40,966 nucleotides of DNA from a virus (taxonomy: Duplodnaviria; Caudoviricetes), in IMG/VR virus record IMGVR_UViG_3300012942_000078, positions 1-40,966 of that record. One strand, written 5' to 3'. Under the pieces are notes generated by a model that worked only from the letters and a program-made list of their open reading frames with translations, searched no databases and was not told where the DNA came from. The position numbers were made by a program, and so were the translations under genes. Shown here in pieces: positions 18,569 to 28,349 of the stretch. Each line of letters starts with the position of its first letter. Positions within the stretch are counted from its first letter, which is position 1.

Positions 18569-19387
18569 TTAGAGAAACGCCATGGCGGAGCGGCGTTGCG
18601 GCGCCCGCCGCCCTGCCAGCGAGGACAGAACTTCGGGCAGCGTGCCGATGCGATCGGCCATGCCCAGGGAGACCGCCTTATCGGCCCCGATCACCCGGCC
18701 CTGACCGAAATCCTCGCGGACCTTGGCGCGGCTGACACCACGCCCGGCGGCGACGGCCTGGATGAATTCGTCATGGCTTTCATCGACGCTCGCCTGGGAA
18801 TAGGCCCGCGCTTCATCGCCCAACGGCTCGAAAGGATTGCCCTCGACCTTGAAGCGGCCGGAATGGATCAGGTTGATGGTGACGCCCAGGTCGGACAAAG
18901 CCTTCGACACGTCGATATGCATGCGATAGACGCCGATGGAGCCCACATCGGCCGACGGGCTCATCACGATTTCACTGGCCTGGCTGGCCAGCCAATAACC
19001 CGCCGATGCCGCCAGCGTGTTGACCACGGCCACGACTTTCTTGGCCTTGGCGGCTTCCGCCACCGCCGCCGCGGTTTCTGGTGTCCCGGCATAGGTGCCG
19101 CCCGGCGTGTCCATATCCATCACGATGGCGGATACATCGGGATTGTTGGCGGCGCTGCGCATGGAATTGCGCAGCCGCTCCAGCGATCCCCGAGCCGTCA
19201 TCAACCCTTGCACGGGGATGACCGCAATCATGCCGGCGCCGCCACTGCCGGTGGCGACCAGTTTGGCATCCGGCTCGGCAGCCGGACGGCCAAGGCGGAT
19301 CGCCGCCAGTTCCAGGTCCAGCGCATGCAGAGATTCCCCGGTCGCCGCGAGATAGGCGATCAGGGGATTCGATAGATCGAGTTTCAA
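18569..19387 (-). CDS. S49 family prohead protease
   Basis: DTPGG, AASAGYWLAS, GSIGV. Confidence 0.9.
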   Translation of the reverse strand: MKLDLSNPLIAYLAATGESLHALDLELAAIRLGRPAAEPDAKLVATGSGGAGMIAVIPVQGLMTARGSLERLRNSMRSAANNPDVSAIVMDMDTPGGTYAGTPETAAAVAEAAKAKKVVAVVNTLAASAGYWLASQASEIVMSPSADVGSIGVYRMHIDVSKALSDLGVTINLIHSGRFKVEGNPFEPLGDEARAYSQASVDESHDEFIQAVAAGRGVSRAKVREDFGQGRVIGADKAVSLGMADRIGTLPEVLSSLAGRRAPQRRSAMAFL

Positions 19388-20691
19388 GCTTCGTCTCCCT
19401 GCTTCGGGTTTGCCGGCTTCGGTGTCTTGGGCGGATCGGTCGGGTCGGCCTGACCAGCCGGTATCGCGCCCGACATGCCGGAACCCACGGGCGTCATGTT
19501 CAGTGGACGCAGATATTCATCGCCGCCTTCGACCGGATTCATGTGCAGGCGTTTGCGGATGTCATTGACGCTGAGCCAGCCCCATTGACGGCCCTGGGCG
19601 AAGGCCTGGAACTGCGCGGCGATGCCCGCATCCAGCATCGACAGGATGTTGAATTCCACCCGCAGCTTGCCGGTATCGTCCAGCAGAAGGTCGCGGCCGA
19701 GCCCTTCCTGGATTGCCGCCAGGAAGGGTGCCAGGAAATAGACCACGAATTCGATGCTTTGTTGCTCGATGTTGTTGTTGGTCGAACGGTCCAGAATCTG
19801 CACGCGATGTTGCTGGATATTGTGCATCACCCGGCAAAGCCCGGCATTGGCGGCTGCTACCGTTTCGATGAACTGTGCCTGATCGTTCTGAACGTCCAGC
19901 GGCGTGTATTTGACGCCATATTTCAACAGCCGGTCGCGATGGGCATTGTCGCCCGTGCCGCCCTCGCGCCAGGTGCGCAGAAAATCTTCCTGGTCTTCCT
20001 GCGATTTGAAGGTGCCGGGATGCTCAAGAACGCCGCCGCTACGGCCGGAGTTCTTGAAAAAGCGGGCGCCATATTGCTTGACGGCAATGGCTAGGCCAAT
20101 CGCCTCCATGCCCGTCTTATGCACCGGCAGGCCTTCCAGCCCATCGTCGCTGAGCGGGGGCTTGCGGATGTGACAAATGGCATCGTCGCGTAACACCAGA
20201 TCGGGAGCCATCACGCCGTCGGGCGCCAGGCCGGAAAAGGTGTAGAACAGCCGCCCATCGCGGCGCTCGATCTTCTTGCGCCGTCGCGGATGGATCAATT
20301 CCAGCGCGCCCAACGGATCGTCGCCGCTGGGCTGAATCTGGATATAGGCGTTACGGTAAAAGGCCAGATGCCGCGCCATTTCGTCAAAGAATTCCTGGCG
20401 CGTCTGACGCGCGTTCGGGCGCTGAAGCAGACGTGACAGGCGATGGGCAGGCAAGGGCTTTGTCTCGCCATCGCCGATTTCCTCGATAACCATCACCGGC
20501 AGGCTGGACGCAGGACCGGCTATCGCCTCCATCGCGGCCTGGACCACATCCAGTTGCAACGTGCCCATGTCGGTGACACGGACACCGGTGGTGGCGTAGT
20601 TGCCGCCATCGCCGCCCCAGAATCGCCCAAGCGTGACATCACGCCTGGGCTCGTACCCGAAAGCGTTCATCACGCGATCAAAAATTCCCAT
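19384..20691 (-). CDS. HK97-family portal protein
   Basis: PNARQT, FFKNSG, NNIEQQ, GWLSVNDIR. Confidence 0.93.
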   Translation of the reverse strand: MGIFDRVMNAFGYEPRRDVTLGRFWGGDGGNYATTGVRVTDMGTLQLDVVQAAMEAIAGPASSLPVMVIEEIGDGETKPLPAHRLSRLLQRPNARQTRQEFFDEMARHLAFYRNAYIQIQPSGDDPLGALELIHPRRRKKIERRDGRLFYTFSGLAPDGVMAPDLVLRDDAICHIRKPPLSDDGLEGLPVHKTGMEAIGLAIAVKQYGARFFKNSGRSGGVLEHPGTFKSQEDQEDFLRTWREGGTGDNAHRDRLLKYGVKYTPLDVQNDQAQFIETVAAANAGLCRVMHNIQQHRVQILDRSTNNNIEQQSIEFVVYFLAPFLAAIQEGLGRDLLLDDTGKLRVEFNILSMLDAGIAAQFQAFAQGRQWGWLSVNDIRKRLHMNPVEGGDEYLRPLNMTPVGSGMSGAIPAGQADPTDPPKTPKPANPKQGDEA

Positions 20692-20704
20692 TCCTAGACC
20701 TTTG

Positions 20705-22450
20705 CTAAACCGCTAGCGCGGCGTTGCCGGTGACAATCATGCCGTCATCGGTTGGCGCCGCAGCCGCCATCGCGTTCACGGCGGCGGCGATGCCATCGAT
20801 CTTTTCCGCCGACCGCTTCTTGGCCGGCATGTAATTCAGGTTTTCATCGAAGCGGACCACGGCGTTTCCCGCCATCCATCGCAGCACCGGATGGCCGCCA
20901 TGGTCGAATTGCCCGGCATAGACCAGCGTCTCCAGCCGTTTTGTCGGCTCGCCCAGACTTTGAACGCCCTGGCGGACCTTCAAAAGCATGTCGGCCGGCA
21001 CGCCATCATTCTGCAGGTCCGAGACCAGCTTCGTGGCGTTCCACGGATCGTAACCGATGCGCTGCACGTCGAACATTTCGCAGCCTTCCAGGATCGCCTT
21101 CTTGACAAAGTTCTGGTCAACGAAATCACCCGGCGTTGTTTCCAATGCCTGTGCGGCAAGCCACTTGTCGTAAGCAACTTCATCATCGCGGACCCGTTCG
21201 GCCAGCGTGTCTTCCGGCACCCAGAAGCGCGGCAACGCTATCCATGCCCCGCCATCTGCGTCCGGCGAGAACAGCCACAGCAACGCGGTGATGTCGCGGG
21301 TGGACGAAATATCGAAGCCACCATAGCAGGGGCGTCCGCGCAGGCTTTCCGCCCGGTCACGCCAGGCATGGCGGTCTGGCGCACACGCATCCCACTTCTT
21401 GATATTGAGCCAGCGGGTATGCGCCTCAATCCACTGATTGAGGTGGTAGCACCGAAAATGCGCTTCCGCCCGCGGATTACCCTTCGCGATCGCCACTTCC
21501 CGCCGCAGGAACGCCAAGGTCGGCGAGCGGCCCAACGATGGATTTGATCGACGCCAGACATCCTCGGACAGCCAATCGTCATTGTCATTGGCGGCGAAGA
21601 TAACCACCAGCGTGGTCGGATCATCGATCCGGCCGTCCAGTATCTTCTGGCTTTCCTCCCATAGCGCCATACCGGTGGGATTGGTCTTGGGCCCCGCCGT
21701 CGATGCGTAAAGTTCGATCGGCTGAAGCCGAGCCCCGGTCGATTGCCGCAGCACGGTCACGATTTCCAGCGACCGCCATTCGTGCATTTCATCGCCGGTG
21801 ATGACGGTGGCGCTACGGCCATGCTTACCTTCCGGCTTGCCTGGCAACAGTTCGAACCGCGCCTTGCGGCTGGGGATGTAAAGCCGTTTCTGGAACGGCT
21901 TGACCTCCCGTGCCAGCGATGGGGTGTTGGCCACCATCGCCTTCATCTTCTCGAAGATGATCTTGGCCTGGTTCTCATCGCGGGCGAAGACGAAGCCCTG
22001 GCCGCTATGGGTCCCCTCGATCGCGAAAAACAGCAGCGAGAGCGCCGACAGGAATTCGCTCTTGCCGTTCTTTCTTGGAATCCACAACAGCAGCCGGCGG
22101 AACAGTCGGACGTGGGCGACGGTCTCGCGACCTGTCAGCGGATCGGTGACTTCCGTTGGCACCTTCCAGCCCACCAGCAGCCGGACGATGATTTCTTGCC
22201 ATTCGGTCAGGACGAACGGAACACCTGCGAAGCGATCTTCCGTCAACGTGAACCAGCGCGGCCAATTTTGGACAACCTTGTCCGCCTTGGCCGCATCGAA
22301 CCAACTGGCTTTGACCGCCAACGCTCGCCGCCATGCGATCCGCGCCCATTCGTATGCCGGGTCCGATGCATGCCGCGCCAGCCATGGAGGTTCGGCACTG
22401 GACAGGACATTTGCGGGCGCAGCGGAATCCGCCGGCCGGGCATAGCCCAT
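20705..22450 (-). CDS. terL: Terminase large subunit
   Basis: PRKNGKS Walker A, DEMHE Walker B, YDPWNA, KIDG. Confidence 0.95.
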   Translation of the reverse strand: MGYARPADSAAPANVLSSAEPPWLARHASDPAYEWARIAWRRALAVKASWFDAAKADKVVQNWPRWFTLTEDRFAGVPFVLTEWQEIIVRLLVGWKVPTEVTDPLTGRETVAHVRLFRRLLLWIPRKNGKSEFLSALSLLFFAIEGTHSGQGFVFARDENQAKIIFEKMKAMVANTPSLAREVKPFQKRLYIPSRKARFELLPGKPEGKHGRSATVITGDEMHEWRSLEIVTVLRQSTGARLQPIELYASTAGPKTNPTGMALWEESQKILDGRIDDPTTLVVIFAANDNDDWLSEDVWRRSNPSLGRSPTLAFLRREVAIAKGNPRAEAHFRCYHLNQWIEAHTRWLNIKKWDACAPDRHAWRDRAESLRGRPCYGGFDISSTRDITALLWLFSPDADGGAWIALPRFWVPEDTLAERVRDDEVAYDKWLAAQALETTPGDFVDQNFVKKAILEGCEMFDVQRIGYDPWNATKLVSDLQNDGVPADMLLKVRQGVQSLGEPTKRLETLVYAGQFDHGGHPVLRWMAGNAVVRFDENLNYMPAKKRSAEKIDGIAAAVNAMAAAAPTDDGMIVTGNAALAV

Positions 22451-22453
22451 CGA

Positions 22454-23077
22454 TCAATTCGGAAGCGCGCCCGGTGGCGTGCTGTCCATTCCATCCATAG
22501 CGCCGATGGGGCCCGCGTCGGCGGCCACCGCACCACTTTGCTCCGGAGCAGTATTCGCCGCGAACAGGCCCAAAGGCGCGTCAGGACGATGGCTGGCGAT
22601 TTCCTTCATCAGCTTGGCCTGGTCCAGTGTCGTGAAACCAAACCGTTCCGAAAGCTGTGCCATGAATTTCATGGCGGTTTCGCGGCGAGATACGGCCGGA
22701 TTCTCGCGTGGCATGCGGTCGCCGGAAATCGTCCTCACCATGACGGAATATCCCTTCGCCAGGATTTCTTCATTGGCGATGACGAATTCGCCAACCCACA
22801 CACAGAACGCCGCGAACGTGTGACGATAGAGCGGATCGAGCAAATTCAGGTGCTTGAGGCGCGGGGCATACTCGTTCCAGACCGCCAACGCCGGCGCGAA
22901 GCGTTTGTCCAGGAATTGCGGCGGCGCCGCCGGATCGTTCTCCGATCCTGGCGCCGACGCCAGCAATCGCGCCAAGCGCTCCGCTTCTACCAATTGGCGC
23001 TCAGACTTCGACTGCCGCTTCCCGGGATAGCCCATCTGCTCTTGCTGTCCGGGCGCCTGCCCCTTCCGACCTCGCAT
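22454..23077 (-). CDS. terS: Terminase small subunit (P27 family)
   Basis: MRGRK, ENPAV, FGFT. Confidence 0.88.
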   Translation of the reverse strand: MRGRKGQAPGQQEQMGYPGKRQSKSERQLVEAERLARLLASAPGSENDPAAPPQFLDKRFAPALAVWNEYAPRLKHLNLLDPLYRHTFAAFCVWVGEFVIANEEILAKGYSVMVRTISGDRMPRENPAVSRRETAMKFMAQLSERFGFTTLDQAKLMKEIASHRPDAPLGLFAANTAPEQSGAVAADAGPIGAMDGMDSTPPGALPN

Positions 23078-23099
23078 GTCCCATCGAAGCCGACCGATG

Positions 23100-23210
23100 C
23101 CGACCCTCCTAACTGGTTGAAAAAAAAGAATTCCGCAATTTCGCGGAAAAACTTCGCTCATTGGCCGCCGGTCTCTGGGATTAAGGCCACAGAGATTTGA
23201 CCCCCCCCCC
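23100..23210 (-). other. Probable cos/packaging region
   Basis: HNH-terS intergenic; minus strand G-run followed by TCAAATCTCT...ACCGGC and T-tracts, as typical for HNH-associated cos phages. Confidence 0.5.
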
Positions 23211-23611
23211 TAGTCGCGCACGCCCGGGTATGCGTCGAGCGCTTCCGACAAGGTCGGCATGCCAAGCCGCCGCGCCAGCGCATCAATGGCGACCACGCCG
23301 GCGGCCTCGACCCTCTGCTTCATCCCACTGTGGCAGGCGGCACAACTGCTCACCCATAATAGGGCCAGCCAGAAAACCTCCACATCGCCACGATGGGGGT
23401 AGAGGTGATCGACCAATGTCGCGGCAGTCACTCGCCCATCTAACGCACAGTAGAGGCAGAGCCTATGAGTTCGCAGATGCACACGCACCGCCCGCCGCCA
23501 CGCCGGTCCGTAGAGACGGCGGGCGGCTGAGCCGCGCTCAAGATCGTAGAGCCGACGATCCGCCTGTCGGCTGCCTCCATGCGGACGATAGGTGGCGGGC
23601 GCGCGGGGCAT
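23210..23611 (-). CDS. Packaging-associated HNH endonuclease
   Basis: LCLYC, VDHLYPHRGD, CAACHS. Confidence 0.9.
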   Translation of the reverse strand: MPRAPATYRPHGGSRQADRRLYDLERGSAARRLYGPAWRRAVRVHLRTHRLCLYCALDGRVTAATLVDHLYPHRGDVEVFWLALLWVSSCAACHSGMKQRVEAAGVVAIDALARRLGMPTLSEALDAYPGVRD

Positions 23612-23632
23612 CAGCAGGTGACCTACTAAAGC

Positions 23633-23668
23633 AAAAGGCCCGGAGGGACGAATCTCTCCGGGCCTTTT
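23633..23668. terminator. Bidirectional hairpin terminator upstream of the late operon
   Basis: AAAAGGCCCGGAG...CTCCGGGCCTTTT. Confidence 0.7.
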
Positions 23669-23704
23669 CAGGGTGGCCGACTGTCCACCAAATTTCTTTC
23701 CCAA

Positions 23705-24448
23705 TCAAGCCGTCTGCCTGGTTTTTTTCAGGAGCGGCGGAAGCGCTTCTGTGCAGACGAACATGGTGAGCCTAAGTGCCTGCACTTGCCCGCGAAGTTG
23801 CTTCAGGGCGTCGCGCCATGCGCCATAGACCGCCATGGCCGCCTGGGCATCGCCGGGCAGGATACCCACAGCGGTGACATGCTGGTACCAACCCCTGCTC
23901 ACAACGCCGCTCCGCCGCTTCTTGTGCCAGACCACATCGCCCGGCTTGAATCGTACCTTCACTGGCTCTGGCCTATCGGGGCGCGTGGCCATGCTGGCGT
24001 GCAGCATAACCAGTCCGCGCACGTCGATCATGAGCGTGCCATCGGTCGGCCACGGCTTCCCCGGCATGTCCATGCCCCGAGGCCCCGTAGGTGGCTCGAT
24101 GCTGTAGCTTCCACGCGGCAAAGCGTGGTAGCGGGCGGCCCGCAGATCGTCGCCCAGGTCCAGCGTCACACGTCCCAGCTTCAACACTTCGCGATGGATG
24201 GCCCAGGCATCCTCGCTCGCGCGAAAGCCTTGTCCCACGCTGCTGTTGATCGGCACCCCTTCGTCGTTCCACAGGCTGGAATAGGCCGCCAGCGGCCCCG
24301 TCCTGCTGACGGTGACGGCCTGATCCTGCTGGGCCAAGTGCACCATCTGGGTGGCATAGGCCCACACCAGCAGGTTCTCGACCGGCAACGGCTGGCGGAT
24401 GCGCTCGCCCGCGTCCTGGCTGGACAGCTTGCCGCTGGCGCCGCTCAT
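23705..24448 (-). CDS. Putative late-gene regulator (Q position)
   Basis: VENLLVWAY motif; position between replication and late genes. Confidence 0.55.
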   Translation of the reverse strand: MSGASGKLSSQDAGERIRQPLPVENLLVWAYATQMVHLAQQDQAVTVSRTGPLAAYSSLWNDEGVPINSSVGQGFRASEDAWAIHREVLKLGRVTLDLGDDLRAARYHALPRGSYSIEPPTGPRGMDMPGKPWPTDGTLMIDVRGLVMLHASMATRPDRPEPVKVRFKPGDVVWHKKRRSGVVSRGWYQHVTAVGILPGDAQAAMAVYGAWRDALKQLRGQVQALRLTMFVCTEALPPLLKKTRQTA

Positions 24449-25230
24449 GCCGCCCCCTTCTTCGCCAGTCGGCATTTCACCGGTAGTCCAAGCAGTTCCT
24501 GCAGGCGCTGACTTTCGATGCTGACACGCGACAGGGCGGCCCTGCTCGGCGCCTCCAAAGCCCATTCCACCGCTGTTTCTCGAGAAATCCGGCAGGCGAA
24601 GAGCCACCAGCGGCAAAACCGCTCGCCGAACGCGCGCAAGGCCTGGTCTTGGTACGGTTCCCAGCACGGCAGCGCGGGCGGTGGGTTAACCGGCTCGACA
24701 GGGGGTTTGGGGGTTTTTCTGGACTCTGGTCTCTGGCTTCTGGGCCTTAACCCATCGCGCCGTTTTGGGTTATCCCCCTCACCCTTTGGGGGGTTATCCC
24801 CCCCGGTTAACCCCCCTATGGTCAGTCTTGGGTTGCCCCCGCCCTTGCCGTTGTTGCGATCGATCTCCCGCTTGTTGGCCGCGCGCACCATCCGGCGTGA
24901 CAGAATGGTGCCCTGCGGCACTTCCAGCGGGATCAGCAGCTGCACGTCGTCTGGCAACGGCTGACCGATGACGGAGAACACGCCCGCAATGCGTAACTCT
25001 TCCACCCAGCTCTTCACCTGCCGCTCGGAATCGCCCACCAGGTTGGCAAGTTGCGCGGTGCTGGGAGAGATACCCTCCACCAGCAGGAAGCCATATGGAA
25101 CCGCCTCATGCATAAGGCCGATCATGTCCAGCCACAGCGAGCGGGCGGCGCGGCTGCACATCTTCAGGCGCGGCTCCGCCCGCCAGTCGCCGTGAAAGAA
25201 CTTCTGCCATGGTTCGCGCTTGCTGCTCAC
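24445..25230 (-). CDS. Phage replication initiator
   Basis: PWQKFFHGDW...ARSLWLDMIGLMH, ILSRRMVR, GKGGGNP; internal iterons. Confidence 0.8.
   Translation of the reverse strand: MSSKREPWQKFFHGDWRAEPRLKMCSRAARSLWLDMIGLMHEAVPYGFLLVEGISPSTAQLANLVGDSERQVKSWVEELRIAGVFSVIGQPLPDDVQLLIPLEVPQGTILSRRMVRAANKREIDRNNGKGGGNPRLTIGGLTGGDNPPKGEGDNPKRRDGLRPRSQRPESRKTPKPPVEPVNPPPALPCWEPYQDQALRAFGERFCRWWLFACRISRETAVEWALEAPSRAALSRVSIESQRLQELLGLPVKCRLAKKGAA
24767..24840. repeat. Iteron-like repeats (probable ori)
   Basis: GGTTATCCCCC x2, GGTTAACCCCC and GGTTGCCCCC within the initiator gene. Confidence 0.6.
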
Positions 25231-25655
25231 CGCGCACCCCGCTCGGGCATGGGGATGGCGGCCAGAACGACGTTCGCCGGCATGGTGGCGCGCTCGCGCA
25301 GCCGGTCCAGCCAGGCGATACGGCTGCATGGCTGGCCGGGCCGGAAGTGGCAATCGTCCTGCTGCAGCAGCTTGCCGCACTGGCAATCGGCGAAAGCGAA
25401 GATTTCCGGCTCGGCCTGATGCAGGGCGAGTGCCAGGGCCGCCTCCTTCGGAGTCTCGACCTTGCCGCGTTCCAGCAGCAATGCCTCGGCCTGGATGGCG
25501 AGCGGCAGGATGCGCTCTGCGTAGAGCGCGATCGCCGTGGCATCGTCCGGCGAGGGCTTGATCAGCCCCTGGCGGTCTTTCCGCCTCAGGCGTGACATGG
25601 TGCTGAGAAACTGTAATCGGGTGACAATCATGGCGGTGATGTTGGTTGCTTTCAA
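25227..25655 (-). CDS. Hypothetical protein with Cys cluster
   Basis: Coupled operon gene; start uncertain (alternative 25598). Confidence 0.6.
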   Translation of the reverse strand: MKATNITAMIVTRLQFLSTMSRLRRKDRQGLIKPSPDDATAIALYAERILPLAIQAEALLLERGKVETPKEAALALALHQAEPEIFAFADCQCGKLLQQDDCHFRPGQPCSRIAWLDRLRERATMPANVVLAAIPMPERGAR

Positions 25656-26077
25656 TGATCGTTCGCGCCGCGCGCCATGGCGTTGGCTGCTTCGCAGAGT
25701 GGGCAGATGCAGCCGGGTTCATGGGCGGCATCGAGAGCGGCGCGCGCCTCAAGGGCCGCGATGCAGACCGCCAATGCAACGGTCGGACCTTCTCCCTCAC
25801 CGATAGGAAGTTCATCGTCGCACGGCAGGAACACTTGCGCGCCACCGATGGGCTCATCCGGCCGGTCCTTGCCGTATCCCATCATCCAGAAGGTATCTTC
25901 CGGGATCAGGGTGACGGCGGCGTCCAGGCTGCCCGTATAATGCGGCGATATCTCTACTGCCGGTTCGTCGGCCTCGACCTTGTGCAGCGTCACGGCCCCG
26001 ACCGCGCGAGCGATTTCATTATCCAGCGCTCGATCTGGCCCGGCTGCGGCATTCAACTTATCGATCAAATGTTGCAT
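25652..26077 (-). CDS. Hypothetical phage protein
   Basis: GPDRALDNEIA, YTGSLDAAVTLIP, ALAVCIAAL. Confidence 0.75.
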   Translation of the reverse strand: MQHLIDKLNAAAGPDRALDNEIARAVGAVTLHKVEADEPAVEISPHYTGSLDAAVTLIPEDTFWMMGYGKDRPDEPIGGAQVFLPCDDELPIGEGEGPTVALAVCIAALEARAALDAAHEPGCICPLCEAANAMARGANDH

Positions 26078-26130
26078 GGGTCGTTCCTACCCTGCGACCA
26101 AAGCATTGAGCCCGGCCTGGTCAAGCGCCA

Positions 26131-26436
26131 TCAATGAACCCCGTTAAGGCGCATGTTGCGATTGTGTTGGGCCTTCGCCTCAGCGGCCATCTTCCCGAAC
26201 TCGCACTGACCGACCAGCATCGGGTTGGTGATGCGGAGGGCTGCGACAGCGCCGGCATAGTCCATGGTGCCACGCTCGACCGCGCAATGGTTGCCATAGT
26301 CGCTTTCCATGTCGCCGTCCCAACAAGTGGTAAGGCCAGCGACGTGCCCTGCCACATACAAGGGGCAATACTGGATCGCGTTCTTGTGCGGGCAGTCGAT
26401 GAATGTCTTGGCCTGGCGCAAATTCCGCTCCATCAT
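26131..26436 (-). CDS. Hypothetical Cys-rich protein
   Basis: ATGA-coupled to the DUF1643 gene. Confidence 0.6.
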   Translation of the reverse strand: MMERNLRQAKTFIDCPHKNAIQYCPLYVAGHVAGLTTCWDGDMESDYGNHCAVERGTMDYAGAVAALRITNPMLVGQCEFGKMAAEAKAQHNRNMRLNGVH

Positions 26437-27050
26437 TTCCATTTGGTCAGTTGAAAGTCGTCGGGAACGCGGCTTTTGCCGCGCGCCAGCGGGTGGCGTG
26501 GTGTGCCGTTGCTGTTCGTGCCCAGGCAGAGCCATTCGACCGGCGCAAACTCTTCATCGCCCCAGTCGGCATCCGTGGCGTAGGCGAGACATTCCAGAAA
26601 GTCCGTGATGATCTCAGGCGGCAGGCAGTTGCCCCAGATGGCGATGCGGGTCTTGGTCGCCAGCAGCAGTGGAACGCACTCGTTTATGTTGCGCTGCCAT
26701 AGCTCAGCCTCCGGCGTCGGGTCGTTCTCCCAGCTAATTCGCTTCCACCAGGCGATGGCATCTGCCGGGCTGGATGATTGATGCGGGACAGCGTTGATGA
26801 CCACCATGCTGCCAAAGCCGTGCCGCAGGCTAAAATCCATCATGCGCTGCATACTGGGATCGTCGCGCAAGCCATCCGCGTCGCTGGGGTTGGCGCCGCA
26901 CCACAGGGCACAAGGTCCGGCGCCCCAGGCGCGCTTTGCCCACCATCGGCAACCATCAGACAGGGACGCCTCGCGCAATGGATCGCGGACGCGGGCCACG
27001 GCCGGCGGCATATCAGCGAAGAGGGCGGCTTGCAGCACGACGGGCTCCAA
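26433..27050 (-). CDS. DUF1643 family protein
   Basis: NPSDAD..DDP, AIWGN, LGTNSNGTPRHPL. Confidence 0.85.
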   Translation of the reverse strand: MEPVVLQAALFADMPPAVARVRDPLREASLSDGCRWWAKRAWGAGPCALWCGANPSDADGLRDDPSMQRMMDFSLRHGFGSMVVINAVPHQSSSPADAIAWWKRISWENDPTPEAELWQRNINECVPLLLATKTRIAIWGNCLPPEIITDFLECLAYATDADWGDEEFAPVEWLCLGTNSNGTPRHPLARGKSRVPDDFQLTKWK

Positions 27051-27791
27051 TTATGTTGCGTTGTGGTGGGCCATTATGGCTTCACCGATGATTTGCGGGA
27101 TTTCGGGGACGACAGCGTTTCCGAGCCGCTCGGTTCGACGCCGGCGGTCCACATAATCGGAAAACCCATCGCCCACTCGAGCAGATCGACAGGCGGATTC
27201 CAGCCATACACTTTCGCGATTGCGGTTATACGCGCGCTGTATCTGCCCTGGCTCAATGTAGTGTCGGCGAAGCCCCATCCCCGCTTCCCCATCGACTTGG
27301 TGGGGCGTGGCAAGAAGATAAAGTCTGTCTCCTTCGAATGGGGCTCCAACGGAGGAAGCGCGTAAGCAATGCCATTCTGCGTCATACCCGATCTCGGCCA
27401 GCCCGCAGAGAATGCGGTCCAGCCCTCGATGAAGCAGCGCTGCTGAGTTTTCCAGGATCGCGACTTTGGGTCCCACGTCGCTAATAATTCGCAGGTACTC
27501 GAACCATAGGCCTGATCGCTCGCCATCAAGGCCTTTGCCAGTTCCGGCGGGGCTGATGTCCTGGCAGGGGAAGCCGCCGCAGATGACATTGGGAACAATT
27601 CCATCTGCTCTAAGGCGCTCAGCGGTGATGGACCGCACATCGTCGTAGCAGGGCACACCAGGCCAATGCTTGGCGAGGACGGCGCGGGCGTGCGCCTCGA
27701 TCGCGCAGAACGCGACGGTGCGCATCCCGGCTCTTTCGAGTCCGAGGCTGAAACCGCCGATGCCGCTAAAGAGGTCGAGGACATTCACCAA
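27051..27791 (-). CDS. C5-cytosine DNA methyltransferase, alpha polypeptide (motifs I-VIII, X)
   Basis: DLFSGIGG, GGFPCQD, ENS, LGNAVVP. Confidence 0.9.
   Translation of the reverse strand: MVNVLDLFSGIGGFSLGLERAGMRTVAFCAIEAHARAVLAKHWPGVPCYDDVRSITAERLRADGIVPNVICGGFPCQDISPAGTGKGLDGERSGLWFEYLRIISDVGPKVAILENSAALLHRGLDRILCGLAEIGYDAEWHCLRASSVGAPFEGDRLYLLATPHQVDGEAGMGLRRHYIEPGQIQRAYNRNRESVWLESACRSARVGDGFSDYVDRRRRTERLGNAVVPEIPQIIGEAIMAHHNAT
27074..27604 (-). CDS. Nested alternative-frame beta polypeptide carrying motif IX
   Basis: Ends in LLEWAMGFPIMWT; frame is open 27784-27074; start uncertain. Confidence 0.7.
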   Translation of the reverse strand: MELFPMSSAAASPARTSAPPELAKALMASDQAYGSSTCELLATWDPKSRSWKTQQRCFIEGWTAFSAGWPRSGMTQNGIAYALPPLEPHSKETDFIFLPRPTKSMGKRGWGFADTTLSQGRYSARITAIAKVYGWNPPVDLLEWAMGFPIMWTAGVEPSGSETLSSPKSRKSSVKP

Positions 27792-27798
27792 TCGCTCC

Positions 27799-27981
27799 TC
27801 AAATCGTCTGATTGATGGCGGCGCGCCAGCCTGACAGAAACCAAAGCCATGCTTGGGTGAGCGGGCCGTGCCCGAATTGCCTGTCCTTCATGTCAAGCGC
27901 GAACGATCCGCGTTGCAATGGTGTGGCGTCTTCCCAGGACTTCACACCCTTAAGCCCTTCGGTGATTTCTTCCGGCGTCAT
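27799..27981 (-). CDS. Small hypothetical protein
   Basis: 60 aa, operon-coupled. Confidence 0.55.
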   Translation of the reverse strand: MTPEEITEGLKGVKSWEDATPLQRGSFALDMKDRQFGHGPLTQAWLWFLSGWRAAINQTI

Positions 27982-27992
27982 CAGGCCCTCCC

Positions 27993-28334
27993 CTAGCGCG
28001 CGCTGCGAAGATGGCGGGCGAGTTCGGCAACCAGCAGCGCGCCAGCCCGGACTTGATTGCGATGGAGAGATTTCGGCTTCCACCATTCGGCGTGCCAAGG
28101 CCAATACCTCATAGCCGGCGGATCATTCGGCATTGTCCAGCCTGTCAGCGCGTAGCAGCCAGCAGCCCGCGCCATTTCCCCGGTGCGGTGAGCGTCATCA
28201 TGCGCTGGGGTCCAGCCTTCCGCCTCGACTTGGCGCACTCGCTCAGCAGCAATGTCCGCTAGGGCGAACACGCTCTCCTGATCCAGTTCCATCAGCCGCT
28301 TCACCGGGCCTTCAAGGACAGTCGGAATTGTCAT
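27993..28334 (-). CDS. Ead/Ea22-associated-type domain protein
   Basis: AAER.RQ...EGW...HDD.H..GEMARAA..YA, WPW...WWKP. Confidence 0.8.
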   Translation of the reverse strand: MTIPTVLEGPVKRLMELDQESVFALADIAAERVRQVEAEGWTPAHDDAHRTGEMARAAGCYALTGWTMPNDPPAMRYWPWHAEWWKPKSLHRNQVRAGALLVAELARHLRSAR

Positions 28335-28349
28335 GGTGATGGCTCCCCT

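Noticed and set aside
13682-20691. Gene transfer agent cluster
   Set aside because: GTA-like tail families are present, but so are HNH/cos packaging, replication, immunity and att features of a true prophage
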